From: Candidatus Omnitrophota bacterium
Lineage (GTDB): Bacteria; Omnitrophota; Gorgyraeia; Zapsychrales; Fredricksoniimonadaceae
NCBI GenBank assembly: GCA_037131245.1
Contig: JBAXRK010000011.1
Span: 16,699-80,698 of the forward strand
DNA: 64,000 nucleotides
Direction: 5' to 3'
This document shows, one piece after another, positions 55,928-64,000 of the stretch (its first letter is position 1; each line of letters opens with the position of its first letter). A program made the position numbers and the translations under genes. The notes under the pieces were generated by a model. That model had not been told where the DNA came from, searched no databases, and worked only from the letters and a program-made list of their open reading frames with translations.

Positions 55928-56980
55928 TTAATCCTTATGCTGATTGCGGTTTTTATAACGGGTCATTGAATTCATCCGGTATTCCAACACCGCGATATTC
56001 TCGCGCACATTGCCCATCTGTTCCTCAAGGCGCTTGTTCTCCGCCTCTAGATCCTTGGTCTGCCGTCCCAAAGCCTCACGATCGACCGCGCTCGCCTTAA
56101 TGTCGGCATCCCGTTCCTCTTTTTTAGACTGGGCGGCTGCCAGGCGCGTTTCCAGCGCCATTTTCCGCGCGGCCAGGTCACCGGACTTTTTGGCTTCCGG
56201 CGCCATTCCCGCCTTATTCTTCGCCTCCACCGCGGCATCGACCTGCTTGAGCAGGTCGCCGCGCTTAACCATCAACGGCGTGAGCTCGTCCTTCAATTTA
56301 GCGTTTTCAGCCACCAGCTGGCTGGCATCCTTTAAAAAAGGGCGGTCAACACTTTTAAGATCGGCGATCTTTTTGCTCACATAGTCGATCTGCCCCTTCT
56401 GGGACTCCACCTGATCCTTCAGCGCGGCAATGCTTTGTTTAAGCGTGCCCAGCGTGGAAACGGCACGCGCGCCGCGGTCCATCAGCAATGATTTCTTTTC
56501 GATCTCCAGCTCCTGCGCCTTAAGCCGGCGCAGGTCAAGCTTGCTGTCCACCGCCTTCAGGCGCGCCTGCGCCGCGTCGGCGGCCAGCTTCGCTTCCCGC
56601 ACATCTTTTCCCGCCTGCGTGAGTTTCTGTTTTTCCGGGCTGGAAGAAACCGGCGTATTGATCACGGCACGGCGCTCGGCGATATCAGCTTCGATCTGAG
56701 CGTTCTTTTTTTGCTGGGCCGCCAGGTCGGACTCAAAAGAATCCAGCCGGGCCGATAATGACTGATATTCCGACGTCAGTTTCCGGTTCGCTTCGACCAG
56801 GACGGACGTGGCCTGTTCAATGTCGCCCAATGACGAACGCCAACGGGGCGCCTCCCCACCTTCGGACATACGGTCAAGCGCCGCACTGACCGCCGCATCG
56901 TTATCTGGCGTCGAAGCCCAAACCGGCGCAGCCGCCAGCAGGGAGATCAGTAACAATAAGATTTTTACCATAAAAGACAT
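55928..56980 (-). CDS. Secreted coiled-coil protein
   Basis: ORF to 57013 (TTG); ATG 56980 gives the signal peptide MSFMVKILLLLISLLAAAPVWAS. The rest is heptad-rich A/K/E/L/Q sequence with no catalytic motif. Confidence 0.5.
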   Translation of the reverse strand: MSFMVKILLLLISLLAAAPVWASTPDNDAAVSAALDRMSEGGEAPRWRSSLGDIEQATSVLVEANRKLTSEYQSLSARLDSFESDLAAQQKKNAQIEADIAERRAVINTPVSSSPEKQKLTQAGKDVREAKLAADAAQARLKAVDSKLDLRRLKAQELEIEKKSLLMDRGARAVSTLGTLKQSIAALKDQVESQKGQIDYVSKKIADLKSVDRPFLKDASQLVAENAKLKDELTPLMVKRGDLLKQVDAAVEAKNKAGMAPEAKKSGDLAARKMALETRLAAAQSKKEERDADIKASAVDREALGRQTKDLEAENKRLEEQMGNVRENIAVLEYRMNSMTRYKNRNQHKD

Positions 56981-57003
56981 TATAGTGATAATCGGAAAAG
57001 GCT

Positions 57004-57771
57004 TCAAGGACAAATCCCCAAACCTCGGCTGAACAGCCTGATGGGGATCATGCCGATAAGAGAATTCGTCAACCAGGCCGCGCGGGCTGCTTGCAAGTCT
57101 TTGATAAAAAGCTGGCGCCGGGACACCTTTAACCCCACCCTGCGAGCTAGCGCGATGATCCGCCGGCGCGTCAGGCCGTCAAAAGTCCCGAAACCGGCCG
57201 GAGTAATGACCAGCGCCCGGTCGGTCAAAACCAGCAGATTGGTGCGGCTGCCGTCGATGATCTGGCCGTAAGGATCTACCAATAGCGTTTCAAAACACTG
57301 CCGTCGCCGCGCCGCCTCAAAAGCCCCGCGATAAACCGTGTACTCAAGGGATTTAAACATGCCGTCGGTTTTGCTGAATTCTTTCCGCGTCACCATCAAA
57401 TGGACACGGACCCCTTGCGCGTATTCCTTCCGGGATGGCGGCACATACGCCCCCGGTACCAGCGCCCAACGCGCGCGCGCACCATCCTGCCAGACCATCA
57501 CGCGCAGGCGCCCGGCGCCCGGCGCCTGCTCGAGCAGCGCGGTCACCGCTTTTTCCATCACACGAAATGTCCAGGGCGCTTGGAGTGAACACGCTTTAAG
57601 CCCCCGGCTTAAACGCAGGTAATGCGCGCGCAGATCTCCCACCCTGCCGCCGAAAACCCCTAGTGTCTCAAAAACACCGGTCAAGCGGCGGACACCGGGA
57701 GACAGCCGATGCAGCAGCGCCTCATCCGCTTTCACCCATCCGCCATCAAGGATGATCCACGTCCGGGTCAT
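57004..57771 (-). CDS. pabC: Class IV aminotransferase-fold protein, probable aminodeoxychorismate lyase
   Basis: 255 aa with fold-type IV pattern (FKSLEY...ETLLVDPYGQIIDGSRTNLLVL...ITP). ATGA-coupled to the upstream pabB-like gene. Confidence 0.65.
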   Translation of the reverse strand: MTRTWIILDGGWVKADEALLHRLSPGVRRLTGVFETLGVFGGRVGDLRAHYLRLSRGLKACSLQAPWTFRVMEKAVTALLEQAPGAGRLRVMVWQDGARARWALVPGAYVPPSRKEYAQGVRVHLMVTRKEFSKTDGMFKSLEYTVYRGAFEAARRRQCFETLLVDPYGQIIDGSRTNLLVLTDRALVITPAGFGTFDGLTRRRIIALARRVGLKVSRRQLFIKDLQAARAAWLTNSLIGMIPIRLFSRGLGICP

Positions 57772-59039
57772 AACGCGTTGATCATCCCTTCCGCTTTAAG
57801 CGTCGTTTCATGGAACTCGCTGGCCGGATCGGAATCCGCCACGATCCCGCCGCCCGCTGAAAAATGCGCGCCGCGCCGGTCAAGCAGGATCGTGCGGATG
57901 AGCATATTAAGCTTCATGTCACCGCCAGAGGAAATATACCCCAGTGCCCCCGTATAATATCCCCGACGTGATAACTCCAGGTCATCAATGGCCCGCATCG
58001 CGCGATGCTTGGGGCAGCCGGTAACCGACCCGCCGGGAAAAGCCGCCTCGATCAGGTCGAAAGCGTCGCGGCCCGACGCTAAACGCCCTTGCACGCATGA
58101 GACAGCCTGGAACACGCTACGGTACGCCTCGATACGCCGCAACGATTGCACCTTCACCGATCCCGTTCGGCACACTTTGCCGAGGTCATTGCGCAGCAGG
58201 TCCGTTACCATCAGCAACTCGGCTTTTTCTTTATCACTGCTCTCCAGTTCCAGGAGAAAACGCGCATCGGCCACGGCATCCTGGCCGCGCGGGCGAGTAC
58301 CTTTCATCGGACGCGTCACCACGCCGCCGTCCTTAAGCTCAAGGAATGCCTCCGGCGAAGCGCTAAAAACCTTCAGGTCACCCGCGTCCCAATACGCCCC
58401 GTAAGGCACGGGTGACAAAGCGCGCAACCGCTGATACAGCCCGATCTCCTCAACGGAAGAAAGGCATAAAGGCGCGTCAAAGCGCCGGGAACAGTTGATC
58501 TCGTAGATCTCGCCCGACCTGATCAATGCCAGGGCTTTTTTAACCATGCCAACGTAAGAGGCCTCATCCTGGTCGGAAACAGGCGCAATCGAGGGGTATG
58601 CTGCGGTATCGGCAGGAACGTCCGTCGCCTTAAGAGCTTCCTGCAACATTTTTCCAGCCGGTGAATCACGATGCCCCCCAAGTGTTACCCGGCCATCCAG
58701 CGTATTAAACGCCAGCACAGCTTCATATTGTCCAAAAGAGAAAAGCGGCAGGCCGGGGCGGGTTTCGGGATGGCGCGACGCAATACCTTCCATCAAAAGG
58801 CCCAGGTCATAGCTAAGCGCGCCCATCAAACCGGAAGAAAAGGGCACATCGCCCGACCGGGGCCGATGCAGCAGCTGCCGCGCCTCGTCCCGAAAAGCCT
58901 GCCAGTCCTCGAGCGTAGAACCGCTCCATGTCCGCCGGGGCAGGACCCCGCCATACGACCAGCCGCTTCCGTCGGAAGAATCAAGGAGGAAAAGACCCGG
59001 CTGGCCAGCCAGGGCATGCATCACGGCAAGGGGGTTCAA
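57768..59039 (-). CDS. pabB: Chorismate-utilising enzyme, probable aminodeoxychorismate synthase component I
   Basis: 423 aa (TTG at 59039, or ATG at 59021). C-terminal chorismate-binding motifs FPGGSVTGCPKHRAM...RGYYTGALGYIS...IRT...GGGIVADSDP. Confidence 0.7.
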   Translation of the reverse strand: MNPLAVMHALAGQPGLFLLDSSDGSGWSYGGVLPRRTWSGSTLEDWQAFRDEARQLLHRPRSGDVPFSSGLMGALSYDLGLLMEGIASRHPETRPGLPLFSFGQYEAVLAFNTLDGRVTLGGHRDSPAGKMLQEALKATDVPADTAAYPSIAPVSDQDEASYVGMVKKALALIRSGEIYEINCSRRFDAPLCLSSVEEIGLYQRLRALSPVPYGAYWDAGDLKVFSASPEAFLELKDGGVVTRPMKGTRPRGQDAVADARFLLELESSDKEKAELLMVTDLLRNDLGKVCRTGSVKVQSLRRIEAYRSVFQAVSCVQGRLASGRDAFDLIEAAFPGGSVTGCPKHRAMRAIDDLELSRRGYYTGALGYISSGGDMKLNMLIRTILLDRRGAHFSAGGGIVADSDPASEFHETTLKAEGMINAL

Positions 59040-59659
59040 AAAAATGAATCCTGGGAGGCGTTGTTAAGCTTGAATGAAGGCTTCTCGACCCCGAATTTTG
59101 ACACCAGCATCTTGAGGTCGTAAATATGATGATCTTCGGCCATTGAGAGCAATCGCTGAAAAACCGCCACGGTGATCTCAACGTCGGCTTCCGCGCGGTG
59201 CGCGATGCCAACCTTGACCCCCAGGGAATTCGCCAGCGAGCCCAGCCGGTAACTTGAAAGATAGGGCAGAAAAGCCTTGGCCATCTTGATGGTGTCGATC
59301 ACGGGCGTCGCGTCATAAAGCTTCCGCCCGCCGAGCGCCAGCTCATAAGCCAGGAACTTGATATCAAAGCTGGCATTGTGCGCCACCAGGCAGGCATGGG
59401 ACGAAAGCTCGATCATGCGCGGCAGCACTTCCGCGGCCGACGGCGCCCCCAGCACCATGTCTTCCGTGATGCCGTTAATATCCTGCGCGCCCGGCGCCAG
59501 CGGCCGTCCGGGGTTGATCAGGGAAACAAGGCGGTCCACCGGCAAGCCGTTCTTCAACCGTAACGCGGCAAGCTCAATGATCCGGTCGCCTTCCGTCACG
59601 GAAAGGCCGGTCGTTTCCACGTCGAATACCACGTATTCTGCCTCTAGGGCTTTAAACAT
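59036..59659 (-). CDS. DEDDh 3'-5' exonuclease (DnaQ/epsilon-like)
   Basis: ATG 59659 gives MFKALEAEYVVFDVETTGL (ExoI). AHNASFD (ExoII) and HRAEADV (ExoIII) follow. Confidence 0.8.
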   Translation of the reverse strand: MFKALEAEYVVFDVETTGLSVTEGDRIIELAALRLKNGLPVDRLVSLINPGRPLAPGAQDINGITEDMVLGAPSAAEVLPRMIELSSHACLVAHNASFDIKFLAYELALGGRKLYDATPVIDTIKMAKAFLPYLSSYRLGSLANSLGVKVGIAHRAEADVEITVAVFQRLLSMAEDHHIYDLKMLVSKFGVEKPSFKLNNASQDSFF

Positions 59660-61044
59660 ATCGCGTAAACTTTCTCCAGAAAAGCAGGGCGCCACGAGCG
59701 CTTCGCGCGGGCCACGCCCGGCATCCCGAAATCATCCATGGCATTAATATACTTGAACGACGCCAACTCGGCGTCGGCGCAGAATTCACGAAAAATAAAC
59801 GACGGCAAGCCTTTGAATTCCGGCGCCGTCACTTCAAGCGCCACACAAAACGTATCGGCATTGAGCTCATACCCGAAGGTATATCCCGCCGGGCGGCCAG
59901 CCACCTCAACGACGCGCCCGATAAGGCCCAGCTCAGCGGCGGAGGCGATCATCCGCCGATGCACCGGGCGGTTCTCCACCAGCATCGCGCGGTAGATGCC
60001 ATCTTCATATGAAGCGCGGCGCTTGTCAAGCCAGCGGTCAAAAAGATCATGGCAGGCCGCCGTGTCCTGCGGGCGAAAAGCCCTGAAAACCGGCTGATGC
60101 TTCCTGACAAAAGCGTTGATATCAGAACGTTTGGAGCGATAATCATTGCCGGCCAGCGACGCGAGGCGGGCGCGCTCGTAATAATATTCCTCGCCCTGCA
60201 CATGGTCGCGGTAGCGTGTGTTATCGAAAGCGGCAAGTTCCCCCTGGGACACGCCCTCGATCCGCGCCGCGTTATTCTTCATGTGCCGGAACACCTCTTC
60301 CACCGCTTGAGCGCTGATCGACGCTCCCAACGGCGGGCAATAAAGAAATTCGGCCGCCCCCTGCCGGGCATAGACCAGGCCATTCCCATCGGCTTCTTCA
60401 ATATGAAAATCAAAAAGATCGCTCCAGGCGACCAGGCTTACCAGCGACCTCGATGAGAGTGGGGCGCGGCGGCGAGCGAACCAGCCGTCAAGTTCCGGTT
60501 TACGGGCTAGGAGAGCGGCGGCGCCGTCAATGAACGGAATATCGGACACAAACTCAACCTCGTCTTTAAAAACACTGTAATCAGGATACGAGGCATTGGC
60601 CGCTTTTAACAAAGAGCTATTGTCCGGCAAAAGAAAGAAGGCCTTAAGCGCGGCGACGTACGGCTCCCACTCCGGCGAGCGGCGTTTTTCCCGCACATAA
60701 GGACAGGCGCTGTGAACGTACAACCGGAGCCGCCCGTTCTCGGCTGAAAGCAGGAACGGATACACCGCGCATTCAAAAGGCCGCGCGTCATAGATCCGGC
60801 AATGATGGCTCTGCGGATCAAGGCAACGGCAGGCATGACGTCCACCGGAAAACGGGACCGTCAGCAACCGCCCGCCGAAAGACACCCCCGGTACCCTTTT
60901 TTCCAGCGCTATCTCTTCCTCCACCATCAGCCGCGCGCACCAGGCATCGTCCGGCTCAGCCGGAGCCAGCGCATCGCCGCTAAAAATACAGCACCCGCGG
61001 CACTTCAGGCAGAAATCGGAAGGGACCAGCTGGGACAGGTTCAT
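59644..61044 (-). CDS. Fusion protein: YkgJ-type CxxCxxCC cysteine-cluster domain + DUF2156 (MprF C-terminal, aminoacyl-tRNA transferase-like) domain
   Basis: 466 aa. The N-terminus has CLKCRGCC ... CRCLDPQSHHCRIYDARPFECAVYPF (PF03692 pattern). The C-terminal ~290 aa (SLVAWSDLFDF...EYYYERARLASLAGNDYRSKRSDINAFVRKH...) fits the DUF2156/LPG_synthase_C pattern by eye. Confidence 0.5.
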   Translation of the reverse strand: MNLSQLVPSDFCLKCRGCCIFSGDALAPAEPDDAWCARLMVEEEIALEKRVPGVSFGGRLLTVPFSGGRHACRCLDPQSHHCRIYDARPFECAVYPFLLSAENGRLRLYVHSACPYVREKRRSPEWEPYVAALKAFFLLPDNSSLLKAANASYPDYSVFKDEVEFVSDIPFIDGAAALLARKPELDGWFARRRAPLSSRSLVSLVAWSDLFDFHIEEADGNGLVYARQGAAEFLYCPPLGASISAQAVEEVFRHMKNNAARIEGVSQGELAAFDNTRYRDHVQGEEYYYERARLASLAGNDYRSKRSDINAFVRKHQPVFRAFRPQDTAACHDLFDRWLDKRRASYEDGIYRAMLVENRPVHRRMIASAAELGLIGRVVEVAGRPAGYTFGYELNADTFCVALEVTAPEFKGLPSFIFREFCADAELASFKYINAMDDFGMPGVARAKRSWRPAFLEKVYAICLKP

Positions 61045-61442
61045 TTCACCGTACTGCCAAGCACCAGGTCGGCGCGGTCAGGCGAAAGAAGGGATACCCC
61101 GGCCTCATCGGACGCGGCCAGGATCATGCCCTGCGACTCGACGCCGCGGATCACCGCCGGAGCCAGATTCGCGATGAGCGCCACGCGGCGGCCCACCAGC
61201 TGTTCAGGCGTATACGAACGGCGAATGCCGGCTACCACCTGACGGACCTCGGTGCCAATATCAACCTTCAGCACGAAAAGCTTGTCGGCGTTCGGGTGCA
61301 AAGAGGCTTCTTTGACCTGGGCGACCACAATGCGGAACTTCTTGAAATCGTCGATCGTAACCAGCACCTCGGCGGGTTTAACGGCAACGGGCACGACCGG
61401 CGGAACAACAACATTTTCAATGATCTTTTGTTCTTCTGACAT
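61041..61442 (-). CDS. tRNA-binding domain protein (CsaA/Trbp111/MetRS-C-like OB fold)
   Basis: 133 aa. IVVAQVKEASLHPNADKLFVLKVDIGTEVRQVVAGIRRSYTPEQLVGRRVALIANLAPAVIRGVESQGMILAA. ATGA overlap with the downstream gene. Confidence 0.85.
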   Translation of the reverse strand: MSEEQKIIENVVVPPVVPVAVKPAEVLVTIDDFKKFRIVVAQVKEASLHPNADKLFVLKVDIGTEVRQVVAGIRRSYTPEQLVGRRVALIANLAPAVIRGVESQGMILAASDEAGVSLLSPDRADLVLGSTVK

Positions 61443-61493
61443 AATGTACCTTTCTGTTATGCCGGAATTATACTACAATGCCTCACATAAACA

Positions 61494-63116
61494 ATGAACA
61501 AAACACCAGCAACCTCCAACGCCTCAACCATCTGCCTGTGGCTCACCTTCGCCATCGGGATCTTTTTCCTTTATCCTTCCATCGACACGTATAATTTTCT
61601 GGCGACCGGCGATCACGGCCGCGACTTTTACGCGTTCGAGCGTACCCTGCACGGGGACGTTCCTTATCAGGACTACTGGTGGGTCTATGGGCCGATCATG
61701 CCCTATTATTACGCTGTAGCCGACTTTGTTCTAGGCGTCAATATGGTCAGCATCCTCTCGGCCAAAGCCCTGCTCACGCTTGTGTCGGGCCTTTTTATTT
61801 TCCTGACCCTCGAAACGCTTTCAGGCGGTTTCTGCGCTTTGGCTGGCGCGGCCTGGTTCTTCGCCTTTGGCCGCGACTTCTTCTTTACCTTCAACCATGC
61901 CGGCGGTATTGCCTGCATCGCGGTGCTGATGTACTGCGTGGCACGCTACATCGCCACCCGCCATGACGACTGGCTGTGGACGGGGCTGGTAACGGCTTTT
62001 ATCCTGGCCATGGTCAAGGTCAATTTCGGTATCGTTGCTATTCCGGTGGTTTTGCTGACAGCTTTTCTGGCCGACCGGTCTTATGACGTTCCCTTCACCC
62101 CCAAAAAGAAATTCTTTTATCTTTTCGGCGGCCTGATCCTGCCCTTGATCATCGCCATGGTTTACGCACTGTTCCTCCGGGGCCTTACCTGGCTGGAGAT
62201 CCGCCAATGCATGCCTTACTCGAACGCCGACCAGCCCATGAATACCCTGCCCTGGCTCGCGCTGGGCGATTACCTGACCTTTCTTAAAACGCGCTTCCTG
62301 AAACTGGGCGTGGATTACGCTTTCGGTATGCTGGTGATCTGTTCGATCATTGCTTCGCTCCAGGTCCTGCGGTCAAATAAACTTGAAACGTCGCAGCAAA
62401 AAGCTTATGGGCTGACCCTCGTTATCTTCGGGATCTATATCGTCCTGAACTTTCATGAATTCCTTAAAAGCGGGGTGATGTACCGCAGCATCTGGGCCCA
62501 GCCGGTGATGATCGTGTGGATGTTCACGGTGATCGCGCTCGGCCTAAGCCAGTTCGGGCGGCCCACGCGGATCATCATCATGCTCCTGCCCTTGACGCTC
62601 GCTGCCGGGCAAATGCGGCTGTTATACAATGAAACCGCCCGGCTGCATAACACCGACCATTACCTGACGCATCCCCGGGCCAAGGTCTTCATCCGTAATG
62701 ATAGCGACTGGATCACCACGGTGGAAGACACGGCAAAGTTCATTGATGAGAACATCCCGAAGAATGAAACCTTTTTGGCCCTGCCTTATGACCCGATCTA
62801 TTATTACCTGACCGGCCGGGCGTCACCGTCGCGGATGCTGATATTCTTCAACCATATCAATATTTCACCGGAACAGGAACGGCAAGTCATCCGGGAGATC
62901 AATGCCGCGCGCGTCAATTACATCGTTATTTCCAGCCGCATCCACAGCCAGGAACCCGGCAATGGATCTTTTGGTGACACCTACTGCCCCACGCTCGCCC
63001 GTTACATTACCGACCGCTTCGACCCCGTCGCCAAATTCGGCAACTGGACGGACGAATCTTTCTGGGCCGCCCATCACGGGACCATGGTCATGAAACGCAA
63101 AGATATCCTGAGATAA
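61494..63116 (+). CDS. Polytopic membrane protein of unknown function (possibly GT-C-like) with a soluble C-terminal domain
   Basis: 540 aa, about 11-12 hydrophobic helices over the first ~370 aa, then a hydrophilic C-terminal ~170 aa. No motif I can name with confidence. Confidence 0.35.
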   Translation: MNKTPATSNASTICLWLTFAIGIFFLYPSIDTYNFLATGDHGRDFYAFERTLHGDVPYQDYWWVYGPIMPYYYAVADFVLGVNMVSILSAKALLTLVSGLFIFLTLETLSGGFCALAGAAWFFAFGRDFFFTFNHAGGIACIAVLMYCVARYIATRHDDWLWTGLVTAFILAMVKVNFGIVAIPVVLLTAFLADRSYDVPFTPKKKFFYLFGGLILPLIIAMVYALFLRGLTWLEIRQCMPYSNADQPMNTLPWLALGDYLTFLKTRFLKLGVDYAFGMLVICSIIASLQVLRSNKLETSQQKAYGLTLVIFGIYIVLNFHEFLKSGVMYRSIWAQPVMIVWMFTVIALGLSQFGRPTRIIIMLLPLTLAAGQMRLLYNETARLHNTDHYLTHPRAKVFIRNDSDWITTVEDTAKFIDENIPKNETFLALPYDPIYYYLTGRASPSRMLIFFNHINISPEQERQVIREINAARVNYIVISSRIHSQEPGNGSFGDTYCPTLARYITDRFDPVAKFGNWTDESFWAAHHGTMVMKRKDILR

Positions 63117-63129
63117 ATTCCGGCAAGGC

Positions 63130-64000
63130 CTACGATTTGAAAAGGACCGCCCCGCCAGCGGGCGCGATATCAAGGATGACCGGCACCAGGCCGTCGATCC
63201 GGATATTCTCCAGGTTCTGCTGGCTGACCGGCAGCGGCACACCGTTACCGTCGCGCTTGATCTGCAGGTCAAGGTTGGCCCGGGCGAAGTCGATACCACC
63301 GTATGAGGCCGCGTCGGTTGTTCCGGGCTTCACTGCCGGCTGAGTATCAGCCATGGCCGAAGAAACCATCTTTTCTATCTCGTTGACATCACCCCTGACC
63401 TGGCGATAGTTCAAACTCTGATGCATCACATTCAATTCACGGAACAGAAAAATGTGATGAGCCCCTTCCGCAGCGCCTTGATTATCATAAGGATCCTCAC
63501 GGACGAACTTTTCAAGATTTTCGACAGGGATAGTTACCTGCATCACGACCACCTCATCATCATCGCGTAAAGTCTGGCCATCGATACCGGCCGGTTGTAC
63601 CCCGTAATGAACTGCGTCCTTCCAGCTTGTTGAGAACATAGGACCCCGACCATCAGAGCGCCCGTAATAGGGCTGAACCGCCGCCCCCTTAGCAACACGG
63701 ATACCCCGGTACAGAACAACCTCCTTTTGCCCCGCCCAGGATTTTCTTAAACCATCCAGTGTGTCCTTTGCCGGCTGTCCATCATCTCCCAGCAACATCA
63801 AAGGCTGGGGGGCCTGGTTATCTGCTGTGTTATATAATGCCGAGGGCTCAACGACTGATTGCCATTTCGCACCCTCTGCATTATCTGGAGCGGCGTTGGC
63901 ATTTTTATACATGCCCTGAAAAGCCGCAATATCAATCGACATAAACTTTTGTCCATTAATACCAGCATAGGGAGCCGCGCCAAACTCAACAGTATCCCGC
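63130..64000 (-). CDS. Hypothetical protein, probably 5'-truncated by the window edge, carrying the same C-terminal module as ORF 19046..21790
   Basis: The ORF track gives 63130..63942. However, the 19 in-frame codons from 63943 to 63999 contain no stop (…RDTVEFGAAPYAGINGQKF-MSIDIAAF…) and there is no SD before ATG 63942. C-terminus is GGIDF-x31-GLVPVI..IAPAGG..LFKS. Confidence 0.5.
   Translation of the reverse strand, partial: RDTVEFGAAPYAGINGQKFMSIDIAAFQGMYKNANAAPDNAEGAKWQSVVEPSALYNTADNQAPQPLMLLGDDGQPAKDTLDGLRKSWAGQKEVVLYRGIRVAKGAAVQPYYGRSDGRGPMFSTSWKDAVHYGVQPAGIDGQTLRDDDEVVVMQVTIPVENLEKFVREDPYDNQGAAEGAHHIFLFRELNVMHQSLNYRQVRGDVNEIEKMVSSAMADTQPAVKPGTTDAASYGGIDFARANLDLQIKRDGNGVPLPVSQQNLENIRIDGLVPVILDIAPAGGAVLFKS

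Noticed and set aside
63400-63720. R-S-E type ADP-ribosyltransferase signature in ORF 63130.. (LYRG ... FSTSW ... acidic residues).
   Set aside because: YRG and STS-like strings occur in roughly the right order. However, I could not find a convincing (E/Q)xE catalytic motif: DDDEVVV is followed by a beta-strand-like segment, and no ExE occurs downstream. The spacings are also shorter than in C3/VIP2-type toxins. Two short motifs alone are too weak to make the call.
1-64000. Search for CRISPR arrays, tRNA/rRNA genes, integrases, transposases, phage genes or flanking direct repeats that would mark a mobile island.
   Set aside because: I saw no regularly spaced short repeats, no cloverleaf-sized conserved gaps (all gaps other than 15258..15503 are 150 bp or less) and no recombinase-like ORF. 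The AAA/DUF4143 ATPase and the TA pair alone are not evidence for a mobile element. I could not run tRNAscan or cmscan, so small RNAs inside 15258..15503 or 37303..37451 cannot be excluded.

Overview
This 64-kb window comes from a mid/high-GC bacterial chromosome (GC judged by eye only). It is extremely gene-dense, with about 65 protein genes. I saw no rRNA, tRNA, CRISPR array, integrase or transposase. Roughly 90% of genes are on the minus strand, and many junctions are 1-4 nt start/stop overlaps. The ORF track uses GTG/TTG as well as ATG starts, so I re-trimmed several 5' ends. Layout: (i) 1-15.3 kb is one 14-gene chemosensory operon: HK-like, receiver, CheW, four MCPs, three transporter-less periplasmic solute-binding proteins, CheA-REC, CheB, CheW and a CheR fragment. 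(ii) 15.5-24.8 kb holds a peroxiredoxin, an AsmA-like protein, a 914-aa exported protein of unknown function, two tandem prepilin-DUF1566 genes and an AAA ATPase. (iii) 24.9-35.6 kb is housekeeping: rdgB, rph, queF/E/C/D, murI, an amidase, a compact secretin, mutL and mutS. (iv) 35.6-41.7 kb holds a GH26-like protein, a VapBC-type TA pair, and a plus-strand operon of two secreted coiled-coil proteins plus a GspG-like pseudopilin with a 42-cysteine tail. (v) 41.7-61.4 kb is a 20-kb minus-strand array (mnmE, folC, purH, rpsU, nth, era, pabB/C and others). (vi) 61.5-64 kb holds a membrane protein and an ORF that is open to the window edge. Best leads: a trio of a PRC/MgtE_N/CBS cytosolic protein, an NRAMP homologue with an Mg-type (NRMT-like) binding site, and a short-T-loop PII. 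A 56-60 aa C-terminal module is shared by two otherwise unrelated proteins. Modular pseudopilins carry swapped C-terminal payloads, and the DUF1566 ones have DGR-target-like 3' ends. Orphan SBPs and a degenerate HK/REC pair sit inside the chemosensory operon. A tRNA-binding protein is translationally coupled to a CxxCxxCC-DUF2156 fusion. The abundance of pseudopilins and the compaction resemble uncultivated PVC-related lineages such as Omnitrophota, but that is only a guess.
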